Positions 37,688 to 47,844 of a stretch of 64,000 bases of DNA are shown one piece after another. Origin of the DNA: Candidatus Woesearchaeota archaeon UBA153 (GTDB taxonomy: Archaea; Nanobdellota; Nanobdellia; Woesearchaeales; UBA525); contig DASH01000042.1 in assembly GCA_002503705.1 (NCBI GenBank), positions 25,950-89,949 of the forward strand. Reading direction: 5' to 3'. The notes beneath the pieces were generated by a model, which saw nothing but the letters and a program-made list of their open reading frames with translations, made no database searches and was not told the DNA's origin. Position numbers and translations under genes: made by a program. Position 1 is the stretch's first letter. Every line of letters starts with the position of its first letter.

Positions 37688-39619
37688 ATGGCTGACGACT
37701 TCAAAGACAAACTCCGCGGTCTGCACGAAGAGTTGCGTGTCATCGAGCTCGAGATTGAATCCCGCAAGGTCGCGGGCGAACCGTTCGACGACCTCTCCCG
37801 TCTTGAAGCCGAGAAACGGAAAGAGATTGCGGCCCATGTGAAGAGCGGCCGGAGCAGCAAGAAGTACAAAGACGGTTTCAAAGACTATTCAAAACTGAAA
37901 GAAGAAGTCCTCGCCGCCGTCGTCCCGGAAGCGGCGGTCGCCTTGGCGGCGAAAGAACGCCTCGGCCTCGGCGGTGGCGATGACGGCAGGGACGCGGGCG
38001 ATGGCGATGGTGGTGAAGAGTCCGGTCCGGGCGCCTTGCAGAAGTTCAAGGATGGCTACCGGAGAGCCGACCAGGGCTTCCGTCAAGCGCAGCGGAACGT
38101 CGCAATCGGCGTGAAGAAAAGCGTCGACTTCATGGACCATCACGCGCACGCGTGGATCTTCGCGCTCGTCTGCCTCCTCGTTCACGCGTACGACGCGAGC
38201 ACCGGGTTCAATCGAGGCGGCAGCAACCTGCTCCTCATGATCACCGCGTACACGTTCATCGCCCTGTACGCGGCCTTGTTCTATTACAACACCGGCTTCA
38301 CGACGGCGAGCGGACGGTTCTTCGTTCTGAGTCTCATCGCCGTCTGCCTGCCGCTCCTCAGGCTCCTCCCGTACTTCAACAAGCTCGATTTCCTCATCTT
38401 TATCCTTACCTTCCTTCCTGTCTGGTTCCTCTACGTCAGCTTCCACGCAGAGAAGAACAAATGGCTCCAATGGACTGGCAAGATCATCGTCTTCGTGCTC
38501 ATCATCATCGCGTTCATCCTCCTCCTCGGTTCGATGAGCATGCCGGACATCTTCACGAGCGGCGACACGGGCGCGATGATGGGCGTCTCGCTCCGCCACT
38601 CGTTCGAGGATATCGGCGCAGCGTGGAGCCGTATCAAGGAGCGTTTCGTCGAAGGCGGCGTCTTCTGCTGGAGCTGCTGGCGTCAGCGTCTCAACTCGAC
38701 GTTCAACCCGTACGCGCAGTTCTACACTGGCGAGGTTGAGCAGAATAAGGAGGCGCCGCTCGGCGTTTACATCACCAAGCTCGAACCGCTCTACCCGACC
38801 GTGTACCTCAGCACTGGCGTCAATCCTGTCACGATGGGTCGCATCGAGGCGAAGACGTTCGTGCCGGGCGGCGTGATCGTCAACCCGAGTTGTCGTCTCG
38901 AGAAGCCGGGCAAGCCCGCCATCCTGGGCAGGGCGGACCCGGAAGGTCCGATGCAGGTCAACTACAATCTCGTCAGCGATGTCATCTGCACGTACGACCT
39001 CCCTGACGACGCGTTGACCGGCCAGTATGACGCGACGCTCGGCCTCTCGTTCGACTTCCAAACGTGGGCGTACATCACGAACACGTTCGTCGCGCAAAGC
39101 CTCATCCAGAACTATCTCATCCAAGACCGGGACGTGAACCGTGAGCTCGCGATTGACAAGACGACGAGCGCGGTCTACACGAGCGGTCCGGTCGCGTTGG
39201 GCATCAGCGCGGACTCACAGCCGATCGCGATTAACCCCGACGCGAAAGACGAGAACTACATCCAGCAACGCTTCGGGTTCACGCTCACGAACCGTTGGAG
39301 CCAAGGGGAGATCCAGGAGGTACGGGAGGCGAAAGTCATCGTGCCAGCGCCGTTCTTGCTGAAGGACTGCCTGCCGACCAAACCCGCCGTGAAGCAGATT
39401 CCTGAGAACAAGACGACGATCTACACGTTCTCTCGCGACGGGCTGCAGTTCGACAGCCAGTACGATTACCGCACCGTGACGTGCAAGCTCGCCCTCGACA
39501 GCAAAGAGGCGGCCGAAGAAGTCCTCGCGTTCGGCGAGAAGACGCCCGTCACGTTCGTCGTCCTCACGACGTACACCTACCAGTTGGAGAAGAAGACGCG
39601 GTTCCGCGTCGAGAAGTGA
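37688..39619 (+). CDS. Polytopic membrane protein with large extracellular domain
   Basis: Charged N-terminal coiled coil, about 5 TM helices, C-terminal domain (GVYI..P..Y, SGPV) related to downstream paralogs. Confidence 0.75.
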   Translation: MADDFKDKLRGLHEELRVIELEIESRKVAGEPFDDLSRLEAEKRKEIAAHVKSGRSSKKYKDGFKDYSKLKEEVLAAVVPEAAVALAAKERLGLGGGDDGRDAGDGDGGEESGPGALQKFKDGYRRADQGFRQAQRNVAIGVKKSVDFMDHHAHAWIFALVCLLVHAYDASTGFNRGGSNLLLMITAYTFIALYAALFYYNTGFTTASGRFFVLSLIAVCLPLLRLLPYFNKLDFLIFILTFLPVWFLYVSFHAEKNKWLQWTGKIIVFVLIIIAFILLLGSMSMPDIFTSGDTGAMMGVSLRHSFEDIGAAWSRIKERFVEGGVFCWSCWRQRLNSTFNPYAQFYTGEVEQNKEAPLGVYITKLEPLYPTVYLSTGVNPVTMGRIEAKTFVPGGVIVNPSCRLEKPGKPAILGRADPEGPMQVNYNLVSDVICTYDLPDDALTGQYDATLGLSFDFQTWAYITNTFVAQSLIQNYLIQDRDVNRELAIDKTTSAVYTSGPVALGISADSQPIAINPDAKDENYIQQRFGFTLTNRWSQGEIQEVREAKVIVPAPFLLKDCLPTKPAVKQIPENKTTIYTFSRDGLQFDSQYDYRTVTCKLALDSKEAAEEVLAFGEKTPVTFVVLTTYTYQLEKKTRFRVEK

Positions 39620-39625
39620 CTACTC

Positions 39626-40900
39626 ATGACCCGCAACACCACTCGCTCGAAAACCACTAGTTTCGTCTTCCTCCTCGTCCTCTGCGCCGCGCTCTTCCTG
39701 CTCGTCGCGTGCAACAACAACCCGTACTCTGTCAACTACCACACGGGCGACGACGGTCTCACGCTCGCGTTCACGTACGACACGCCGCCGAAGATGGTGT
39801 ATGAAGGCTCGGACGTCGCCCTCGCCGTCGAACTCTTCAATCGCGGCGCCGCGGACGTCGACTATCGCGACATCATCTTCACGCTCACCGGCGACCCGTT
39901 CTACGTGCTGACGACGATGGACTCGTCGTGGCAGACCGGTCCGCCGGCTCCTGAAGAGCTGAACAAAGACCTCCTGCACGGGAAGAGTCCTGGCTACCCG
40001 GAAGGCGAGTCGCTCGTCCTCGAGCCGACGATGACGGTCAAGCGCATCCAAGGCTTGCGCGAACAGCCGACGACGCAGCTCTACGCGAGCGTCTGCTACC
40101 CGTACGAGAGCACGCTCGGCACGAGCGTCTGCGTCGACTCGAACTCGTTCAGCGCGAACCGGCAACGCCAAGTCTGCAGCGCTGAGACGATGACGTTCCG
40201 CAGCCAAGGCGGCCCGGTCGCGATCACGAGCGTCGAGAACTTGCCCACGCCAATCCGCGTCCCCGCGGAAGGAGGTCGCGGCTTTTACGACATCGTCCAG
40301 CCGCGCTTCATCCTCCACGTGGAGAACGTCGGCACCGGCACCGTCTTGATGCCGCCGCCCACGACGCGTGAGGAGCAGGTCGCGGCGTGCGCGCTCCGCG
40401 TGCCGAAAGAGAAGCTCGGCATGGTTTTCGTGAACGCAACCTTGAGCAACCTCTCCCTCGAGTGCTCGCCGAACCCGTTGCTTCTCCGAGACGACAAGGG
40501 ATATACGAGTTGCACGCTTCCGAAAGAGCAGGTGGGCGCGGTCGCGACGGCGAACTACCTCTCCACGTTCACCGCGACGGTCGGGTACCTCTACCGCGAC
40601 GGCATCGCCGCCGACATCGTGATCGAACGCCTTCCCGAAACGTTGCGTTCTGAAGACGCGACGTACGCGGAACGAGACCAGACGCCCGGGTATGTGAACG
40701 GCATCCCTCGGTGCGAGTACTGCAGCGGCGGAAACCGCAACGATCCCGCGTGCGCGGGCTGGCCGGCCGACGTGAACCAGACCGCGCTCTTCTCGTGCAC
40801 GTGCGGCGAGAAGGAGTGCTTGAAGAAGAGCAAGGACGGGAAGTGCGTCTTCGGCGGCTCCTGGTGCCCCGGCACGAACTACTGCTGCGTCGCCGGTTGA
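39626..40900 (+). CDS. Putative lipoprotein, cluster paralog 1, with Cys-rich tail
   Basis: Lipobox LVAC; CYPYES...VCVD...C...QGGPV motif. Confidence 0.75.
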   Translation: MTRNTTRSKTTSFVFLLVLCAALFLLVACNNNPYSVNYHTGDDGLTLAFTYDTPPKMVYEGSDVALAVELFNRGAADVDYRDIIFTLTGDPFYVLTTMDSSWQTGPPAPEELNKDLLHGKSPGYPEGESLVLEPTMTVKRIQGLREQPTTQLYASVCYPYESTLGTSVCVDSNSFSANRQRQVCSAETMTFRSQGGPVAITSVENLPTPIRVPAEGGRGFYDIVQPRFILHVENVGTGTVLMPPPTTREEQVAACALRVPKEKLGMVFVNATLSNLSLECSPNPLLLRDDKGYTSCTLPKEQVGAVATANYLSTFTATVGYLYRDGIAADIVIERLPETLRSEDATYAERDQTPGYVNGIPRCEYCSGGNRNDPACAGWPADVNQTALFSCTCGEKECLKKSKDGKCVFGGSWCPGTNYCCVAG

Positions 40901-41017
40901 GTTGGTTGCGCTCGCAGCGTTCGCATTCCCGCTCATTCCCTGAGAACTCCAGAGGGGTTTCTCAGAGGAGTTCACCGTCAAAAAGTTTAAAAACCACGAG
41001 GTTGGAGGAGACCATAT

Positions 41018-42286
41018 ATGAGACGACCGTCTGCGCGAGTCCTGGCTTTGTTGGCGCTCCTCGCGCTCGTCACGCTCTTCCTCGCGGGCTGCGGCGGTTT
41101 CAGAGGGAACGAGAACCAGTACTACAATGCTGAACGGGCCAAGTATTACCAAGGGTATGACGGCGTGAACGCGCGGTTCGACCAAGTCCCGCAGAAACTC
41201 TTCTACTACGGGAACGCCGAGGCGAGCGCGGCGAACGACTTCCCTCTCAGCGTCGCGGTGTTGAACAAAGGCGCGAGCTACACGCGCGGCGCCGTCTTCC
41301 TCAGCGGGTACGACCCGAACCTCATCCAGTTCGATGAAGTCCCGATCGCGTTGAGCTATCCGGGAGCGTGCTCCTTGCGCATCGGCGACTGGAGCCTCAA
41401 CAAGTTCGGCATGATGGTCCAGTGCGGCGACTCGTTCTCGTGGCGCGGCCACGAGGGTAACTGGCTGGAGAGTATCAGCGTGCACGGCAAGACGTGGTTC
41501 AAAGGAACTCCGTTGGAGAACCTCCTCGTGGACTTCACGAGCAACAACCGCGGCGACTCCATCACGTTCAACTGGGACGCTTGGACATTCGAGGCTCGCG
41601 AGCACGGCATCGCGCTCATCGCCATCCTCGCCGGCCTCAGCTTCCGCGCCTTCCTCGGCCAAGAATACCTGCTCGCGGGCGACACGTACGACTATCCCGG
41701 CGGCGAGATGGACTATATCGAGTATCACGGCCACATCGCGAACTGGCCGCAAGGAACGGACGACATCCAACAGACGTTCCTGCTGACGAACTGCTACATG
41801 TACACGACGTTCGCCGCGCCCTTAGTCTGCATCGACCCGCAACCGTACAGCGAGAACCGGAAAGTCTGCACTCCCTCCGTCGCGACGTGGAAGTCCGGCC
41901 AAGGAGCGCCCGTCTCCATCAGCAGGATCACGCAGGAGAACACGCCGCGCACCGCGGTCTTCCACATTGAAGTGACGAACAGCGGCGGCGGCACGGTCTT
42001 CGACGCCGGCTCGCTCGAGAAGTGCAGTCCGTACTATCCCGGCGGCGCGAAGTCGAACGACTTGAACGCCATCTGGATTGGCGAAGTGCGCATCGGCGAC
42101 CGCCTCCTCCAGTGCACGCCGGAGAACTACATCCGCCTACAAGGGAACAGGGCGAGCTTCACCTGCGTCTACCCGATCGAGTACGCGGAGCTGAACAGCG
42201 CGTACCAGACCCCGCTCGTCATCGAGCTCTGGTACGGCTACTCGACGACGACGCAACGGAACGTCCTCGTCAAGCGCGTCTCGTGA
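41018..42286 (+). CDS. Putative lipoprotein, cluster paralog 2
   Basis: Lipobox LAGC; CYMYTT...VCID...C...QGAPV; GGAGG SD. Confidence 0.75.
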   Translation: MRRPSARVLALLALLALVTLFLAGCGGFRGNENQYYNAERAKYYQGYDGVNARFDQVPQKLFYYGNAEASAANDFPLSVAVLNKGASYTRGAVFLSGYDPNLIQFDEVPIALSYPGACSLRIGDWSLNKFGMMVQCGDSFSWRGHEGNWLESISVHGKTWFKGTPLENLLVDFTSNNRGDSITFNWDAWTFEAREHGIALIAILAGLSFRAFLGQEYLLAGDTYDYPGGEMDYIEYHGHIANWPQGTDDIQQTFLLTNCYMYTTFAAPLVCIDPQPYSENRKVCTPSVATWKSGQGAPVSISRITQENTPRTAVFHIEVTNSGGGTVFDAGSLEKCSPYYPGGAKSNDLNAIWIGEVRIGDRLLQCTPENYIRLQGNRASFTCVYPIEYAELNSAYQTPLVIELWYGYSTTTQRNVLVKRVS

Positions 42287-42393
42287 GCCGCGAAACGCCC
42301 GCTCGCGAGCGGGAAAAACGAAACGCTTGAAACTTGAAAAACACTTGAAAACTTGAACGTCCGTCACAGGACGATCCCGGAGGTCGACAAACC

Positions 42394-43377
42394 ATGAACC
42401 AGCGCAACACCATCATCGTCTTCATCGCCATCACGGCCTTGCTCGTCGCCGCGTGCGGCGGCCCTCAAGCGCGGAACGACCGCACCGTCTCGTTCATCGG
42501 CGGGAACGGCGGCGTGAACATCGGCCTTATCAACGGCGTCCCGCCGGCAGCGGTCTATGATGGCGGCAGGATGGACTTCGGCGTCGGCGTCGTCCTCGAG
42601 AACGTCGGCGAGTCCGACCTCGGCCCGACGACGGACAATCCGTTCGCGCGCGTCAGCCTGGAAGGGTTCCTTCCCGCAGCGTTCGGCATGACGCCCGCGC
42701 AGATGTCGCAAGACCTCGACCGGCCCCTGCTCGGCGCGCACAAGAACTTCGACGGCAGCATCCTGCCCGGGCAGATGCACAACCTCGTCTTCTCCCCGCT
42801 CAACTATCGGGAGCGCTTGCAAGGGAACAGGGTCTACACGTTCCTCATCAAGTTCTGCTACGACTACGAGAGCATCGCCACCGTCCCGATCTGCTTCAAG
42901 AACAGCATGATCGAGAACGTGCAGGACGCGCAGATCTGCACGCTCACCGGCGAGAAGTACCCGCAGAATAGCGGCGCGCCGTTGCACGTGACAAGCGTCG
43001 TCCAGAACCCGCTCGCCCCGTACAAGGTCATGGTGAACTTCGTCATCGAGCACGCGGGCACGGGAGAGTTCTACGGCCGCACCGCCGGCGAGACGTGCGA
43101 CCCGACGATCACCAACTCGAACAAGTACCGGGTGGACGTCGCAGTGTCGAGCGAAGACCCGGGGTTGAACATCCAGTGCAGCACGCTCGGCGGCGACGCG
43201 GCTGGCACGATCACGATGTTCCAAGGCGCCCCGCAGACGGTGACGTGCACGCTCACCGGGGACGCGGCGAGCGCGTCGCGCATCTACACTGACTTGTTGA
43301 CGGTCAACCTGCAGTACCGCTACGGCGAGTCGATCGCCCAGCCGATCGTCATCAACGCCGTGGGCAGCGCGGATTAG
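42394..43377 (+). CDS. Putative lipoprotein, cluster paralog 3
   Basis: Lipobox VAAC; CYDYES...ICF...C...SGAPL; GGAGGT SD. Confidence 0.75.
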   Translation: MNQRNTIIVFIAITALLVAACGGPQARNDRTVSFIGGNGGVNIGLINGVPPAAVYDGGRMDFGVGVVLENVGESDLGPTTDNPFARVSLEGFLPAAFGMTPAQMSQDLDRPLLGAHKNFDGSILPGQMHNLVFSPLNYRERLQGNRVYTFLIKFCYDYESIATVPICFKNSMIENVQDAQICTLTGEKYPQNSGAPLHVTSVVQNPLAPYKVMVNFVIEHAGTGEFYGRTAGETCDPTITNSNKYRVDVAVSSEDPGLNIQCSTLGGDAAGTITMFQGAPQTVTCTLTGDAASASRIYTDLLTVNLQYRYGESIAQPIVINAVGSAD

Positions 43378-43454
43378 AGCTTCGAAAAACGTTTTTCAAG
43401 AACTCTTTTTTCTTCTCATTCCTTCGAGAAGCGTTCAAGACTGCTTGTTCGCGT

Positions 43455-44078
43455 TTATTTGTCGGCGAGGAAAAGCGGTTCGATCGTCGCGTCCCGGCGT
43501 ATGAGCCGTTCCACGTTGGCGGGCGCGAGCAGCGTCTTGTTTCCTCGTGCGTCCTTGTATTCGATGCCTTTGTTGCGCAAGCTCTCGCTGATCTTCGCCA
43601 CGAGGAAAGCGCGTTCCTTAGTCAATCGCTCGACTTCTTCCCGGTTGAGCAGTTCGTCGACGAGGCCTGGCTGGCACGACTCGATGACTGGCTCCAGCGC
43701 GTTGAAGAACCCTTTGATGCATCGCGTGTAGTCTTCTTCTGTCGCGAGCGGGAGCGTCATCCACAGTTCGCCGACCTTGTGCTCTGGCGCGGGACCGTGG
43801 ATGTGCACCTGGACGTGCGGGCCGCCGTGCCGCTCGTCATGGTGATGCTCGATGAGGAACTCCCGCTGGAACACCTGCTCTGCCAGGTGCCGTTTGTGCT
43901 CGAACTTGAGCGTGAAGCGGACGGTGTGGTTCTCGTTCAGGCTCTGCTGGCCGCGCATCGCCAACGACGCCGTGTAGTCTTCATCCTTGACCGTGACGCT
44001 GCCCGCCGTCCCGGTCGAGACCAGGTTCTCTTGGTTGAAGAACGGCAGGAACTCCTGGATGTTGAGGAATGGCTTCAT
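43455..44078 (-). CDS. Hypothetical protein with His-rich motif (possible toxin of a two-gene module)
   Basis: EHHHDERHGGPHVQVHIH; ATGA overlap with the upstream gene. Confidence 0.6.
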   Translation of the reverse strand: MKPFLNIQEFLPFFNQENLVSTGTAGSVTVKDEDYTASLAMRGQQSLNENHTVRFTLKFEHKRHLAEQVFQREFLIEHHHDERHGGPHVQVHIHGPAPEHKVGELWMTLPLATEEDYTRCIKGFFNALEPVIESCQPGLVDELLNREEVERLTKERAFLVAKISESLRNKGIEYKDARGNKTLLAPANVERLIRRDATIEPLFLADK

Positions 44079-44626
44079 GGGTGGATGCCGAGCTTGATGA
44101 GCTCGAACTCGACGTCGTGTTCGTACGCGCGGTCGAGGCCGAGATTATGAAGTTTCCGCTTCCACCACCCGAGATCCAAGACGTGTTTCTCTTGGATCCT
44201 GAAGAGCGGGTCGACGTGTGCCCTGATGATGTCCGCGAGGATGTTGAGGTACTCTTTCGCCATCGTCTTCGCGTCAGCGTACTTCTCCGTCAGCTTCCGC
44301 TCGCCGCCTTTGTAGATGACTTTCGTGTACGCGATGCGGAATTGGAACTCCATCGGAATCTGTGATGGCGGCACGGCGTATACGTACTCAATCTTGCTGT
44401 CGCCGAACACGGAGACTGACGCTCTCTTCTTCTCATCGCTGATGGTGAGTCTGTTCTCCGTTGCCACTTCACGATATTGTCGGGCCAGCGTGACGAGCTT
44501 CTTGATGATGTCGTCGTACGTGTCTTTCCTTTCACCGAATTCGTCCAGTAAGTCTTTCGTCCCTTTCTTGATCCACAGCGTCGTGGGCTGCATCTGGAGT
44601 TCTACGGCGTCTTTCATGACGATCAC
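44075..44626 (-). CDS. Protein with N-terminal ribbon-helix-helix, antitoxin-like domain
   Basis: TTLWIKKGTKDLLDEFGERKDTYDDIIKKLV pattern. Confidence 0.6.
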   Translation of the reverse strand: MIVMKDAVELQMQPTTLWIKKGTKDLLDEFGERKDTYDDIIKKLVTLARQYREVATENRLTISDEKKRASVSVFGDSKIEYVYAVPPSQIPMEFQFRIAYTKVIYKGGERKLTEKYADAKTMAKEYLNILADIIRAHVDPLFRIQEKHVLDLGWWKRKLHNLGLDRAYEHDVEFELIKLGIHP

Positions 44627-44715
44627 CTTCGTTTCTATAGATACTATAGAGGCAATAGTTTTAAAAGTTTTCCCTTGATATAGATTTTTTCCATACAGAA
44701 AAGATTATCGAAAGA

Positions 44716-45375
44716 GAGAAGTCCTCGGTGCGCCGTCTCGCGGCTGGCGTCGGTTTTCTCGGCTTCCGGATGTTCCCGCGCCACCGTCTCCTGCACCGGA
44801 AGAACCTGCGTCGCTTCGAAAAACGATTGTGGACGTTCAGAGAACGATACGAACAGGGAGATCTCGAGCGCGAGAAAATCGTCGAGTCGTTCGAGGGCTG
44901 GCTTTCGTACGCGGCGAACGCTGACACATACAAGTACCGTCGCCACGCGACGCGGCTCTTCAACACCTCGTTCCCCGCTCGGCCGAACGTGACCGTCTCG
45001 AATCCGCGGAAGCGCGAGAACTTCCTCAAGAAGATGGCTGCCGCGTCCATGCCGTTCAGCAGGCTCAAGACGCGGCAGCTCTTCCTGCGGGGAATGAGCA
45101 TCGAGGAAATCGCGCGTCGTCGCGGCTTCACGGAAGGCACGATATGGAATCATCTCTGTTTGCTCATTGAGCATCGTCAGCTCCCACTTTGGCGTGTGCT
45201 GCCAAAAGAGAAGATTGACGCGATACTGCCGCACGTCGCATCACCGGACGACCAGCTCGCCGATATAAGAACACGTCTTCGAGACGACCGACGCGAGCAT
45301 ATAACGTTCGATGAAATCTCCCGCGTCCTCGCTCACCTTCGGAGCCGGCCGAAGGAGCGGCGCACTCTTCAATGA
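44716..45375 (+). pseudogene. 5'-truncated reverse transcriptase (DGR/group II-like thumb region) fused to HTH
   Basis: EKS...GVGFLGFRMFPRHRLL...GWLSYAANADTY; no YxDD core; C-terminal GMSIEEIARRRGFTEGTIWNHL. Confidence 0.75.
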
Positions 45376-45444
45376 GCGAGCGCTTCGGTATCCGGGCCGG
45401 CGTTCGCTGACGCGGCAGCCAGAATCTTTCGAGCCAAGACGAAT

Positions 45445-45786
45445 TCACTGCTTCTCTTTCAAGATGATCGGCTTGTTCGGGCTCGTCGCGAGGTCGAAGA
45501 GGAGGATGGCGAAGATGGCGATGGTCGTCAAGATCGTGTTGAGCCTGCTCTCGAGCATCGTGATGAGCAGCGTGTTCAGGATCGCGGCGAGGACGATGAG
45601 CGAGCCGTTCAGGTAGTCTTGGCGTCGCGTGAAGACCCATCCGGCGTACCCGGCGAGGACGACGGTGACGACGAGGAGCGCGCTCTCGGGAAGGATGTGT
45701 GGGATGAGCGCGTAGTACGCCCACAGGCAGACGAGGAGGAAGAACCGGAACGGCATCCAGCCCGAATAATCCTTGTGACGCGTCAT
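45445..45786 (-). CDS. Small membrane protein (about 4 TM)
   Basis: Hydrophobic 113-aa ORF. Confidence 0.6.
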   Translation of the reverse strand: MTRHKDYSGWMPFRFFLLVCLWAYYALIPHILPESALLVVTVVLAGYAGWVFTRRQDYLNGSLIVLAAILNTLLITMLESRLNTILTTIAIFAILLFDLATSPNKPIILKEKQ

Positions 45787-45899
45787 AACGCCCTGAGAAC
45801 TGCACCACGGGTTAATAAACGTTTTTCTTCACACGAGTCGGGCAGTCTGAAGCGAGCGTCGTCGCAACCATTAAAAATAGCCTTCTCTCAACGAGTCGT

Positions 45900-46982
45900 A
45901 TGAGGCTCCAGCCAATCGACCGAGAGGTACTCCTCAAGCTCGTCAAGGAGCGCAGTCCAGTCCTGCCTCTCGATTTGAAACGCGCCCTCAATCAAGGCGA
46001 CAGCCTCCTCTTGGGCGCGATGTTGAGCGAACTGGTGGCGCGCAAGCTCGTGAAGATTACGCACGTCAAGCTCGGGGGGAGCCCCTACTACTACGACCCG
46101 GAGAAGCCGGAGTCCATCGAGAAGGCCGCCTCGAATTTGAACGAGAAGGACTACCGGACGTACAACCTGCTCAAGGAGTCGAAGGTCCTCCGGGATGATG
46201 AGCATGACGCGTTGACGAGAGTGTCGTTGCGCAACATCAAGGATTATGCTATCAATGTTCCCTTCACGACGCCTGACGGCGTCCAGCTCTCCTTTTGGCG
46301 GTACTACCTCGTCACGGAAGCCGAAGCCGTACCGCTCATCCGGCAACGGCTCGGGATTGATGGCGCGGCGACGCCACCACCGGCCGCGACTCTCGTGACG
46401 CCGCAACCCCTCACGAGCGCGACATCGTCGCCAATTCCTTCAACAGCAAGTCCGCCTCCAACGTCGTTAACCCCCTCTGCAACGTCAGTAACTCCTCCTT
46501 CGCCGCCGTCGCCGAGCGTGGCGGTTGCTGACGTCACAACAGCTCCCGCTCCCGCGAAGCCGAAACGGCAATCACGGAAGAAGAGCGTCGCGGCGACCGC
46601 GGGCGCTCCCGTGACGGGAACCGCGGCCATCCTCGGCGTCCAGCAGACATTACCGTCCGCCGAGCCGGTCGAGGATAACTTCTACGGCCACGTCAAGCGC
46701 GTCCTCGAAGAGAGAGGCGCGAGAGTCCTTGAAGGGAAGGTCGTCAAGAAAGAGGCCGAGCTCGACCTGCTCATCGAATTACAGACGCCGTTCGGCCCCA
46801 CGGCGTATTATTGCAAGGCGAAGTCGAAGAAGAAGAGCTCTGAAGCCGACGTGATCGCGGCGAAGCTGGAAGGGAACACGCGCCACCTGCCCGTCCTCTA
46901 TCTGTCGAACGGTGAGGTCGCGAAGAAAGCGCTCGACCTGCTCTCGACGACGTGTAAAGGCATGCTTATCGGGAAGGTCTAG
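45900..46982 (+). CDS. Hypothetical protein: wHTH-like N-terminus, P/T/S linker, restriction-endonuclease-like C-terminus
   Basis: GAMLSEL...GGSPYYY; low-complexity linker; ELDL...YCKAK. Confidence 0.65.
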   Translation: MRLQPIDREVLLKLVKERSPVLPLDLKRALNQGDSLLLGAMLSELVARKLVKITHVKLGGSPYYYDPEKPESIEKAASNLNEKDYRTYNLLKESKVLRDDEHDALTRVSLRNIKDYAINVPFTTPDGVQLSFWRYYLVTEAEAVPLIRQRLGIDGAATPPPAATLVTPQPLTSATSSPIPSTASPPPTSLTPSATSVTPPSPPSPSVAVADVTTAPAPAKPKRQSRKKSVAATAGAPVTGTAAILGVQQTLPSAEPVEDNFYGHVKRVLEERGARVLEGKVVKKEAELDLLIELQTPFGPTAYYCKAKSKKKSSEADVIAAKLEGNTRHLPVLYLSNGEVAKKALDLLSTTCKGMLIGKV

Positions 46983-47754
46983 AACTGAACGGGAGGACGG
47001 GACATTTTTTGTTCTGTCCGGTGGCGAGGGACTCGCGGTATTCCGGAAAGGTGACGATGTCGCCCAAGCCTTTCTTCTCTTCCGAGGCCGCTCCCGGCCA
47101 GATTTTCATGCGTACGTAGTCGAAGCCGATCTGGATGACGTTCTGGAATGGAAAGAGCGCTCGGAAGATCGCGGGCGCTTCTTTGTCGATGCAGTTCCTC
47201 TCCACTGGAAGGAACGCGTACGCTCCTCGTTGTTCTTTCACGAACATGGCGAGGTAGTCGTGCCATCGCGTTCCTTTCCGTCGGATCTCCTCGCAGGTGA
47301 CGTGCGCGCTGCCGAGCTCGCGCGCGAGCGCGGTGCCGTCTTCGTGCGTCCACTCGAAAGAGAACTTGCTCTTGAGATGTTCTTCCAGCCATGGTTCGAG
47401 CAGTCCGTGATCGAGGAGGAGGCTGTACTGTTGGCCGACGTACGCGTGCAGGTCGTATGTCGTGTTGCGGCGTAACGCGATCCCTCCCTCGACGCTGTAG
47501 AAGAGGATGTCCGCGACAGTCTCTTCGAGATCTTTGTTCGTCGGGAGTTCTCGGGCTTCGCCACCGTGCTTCGCTGCTGGTTCGATGATGCGCGCGTTCT
47601 GGCCGAAACCGTGGATGACGAGACGTCGGACGTTTTCGCGACCGAAGTGTTCGCGTATGGCGCGATACCAGGTGATCGCTTCGGGCGAGAGGTCGGCGTG
47701 GTAGAGGAGGTTGACGCGTGGCGGGTTCTCTTCTCCAGAGACGACAGTGCCCAT
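46966..47754 (-). CDS. Hypothetical protein
   Basis: 262-aa ORF with protein-like composition, divergent from fen. Confidence 0.55.
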   Translation of the reverse strand: MGTVVSGEENPPRVNLLYHADLSPEAITWYRAIREHFGRENVRRLVIHGFGQNARIIEPAAKHGGEARELPTNKDLEETVADILFYSVEGGIALRRNTTYDLHAYVGQQYSLLLDHGLLEPWLEEHLKSKFSFEWTHEDGTALARELGSAHVTCEEIRRKGTRWHDYLAMFVKEQRGAYAFLPVERNCIDKEAPAIFRALFPFQNVIQIGFDYVRMKIWPGAASEEKKGLGDIVTFPEYRESLATGQNKKCPVLPFSSRPSR

Positions 47755-47844
47755 GTTACCACTTGTGAATGAGTATTGATTTATATCTCTTTCGTCTCCC
47801 GACTTCCCGCAACCCTTTTAAGTGTTGCGCTCTCCTCGCAGAGG

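Noticed and set aside
45406-45416. GCTGACGCGGC as a sixth family R copy
   Set aside because: Only one end is present, with no internal motifs; at most a remnant
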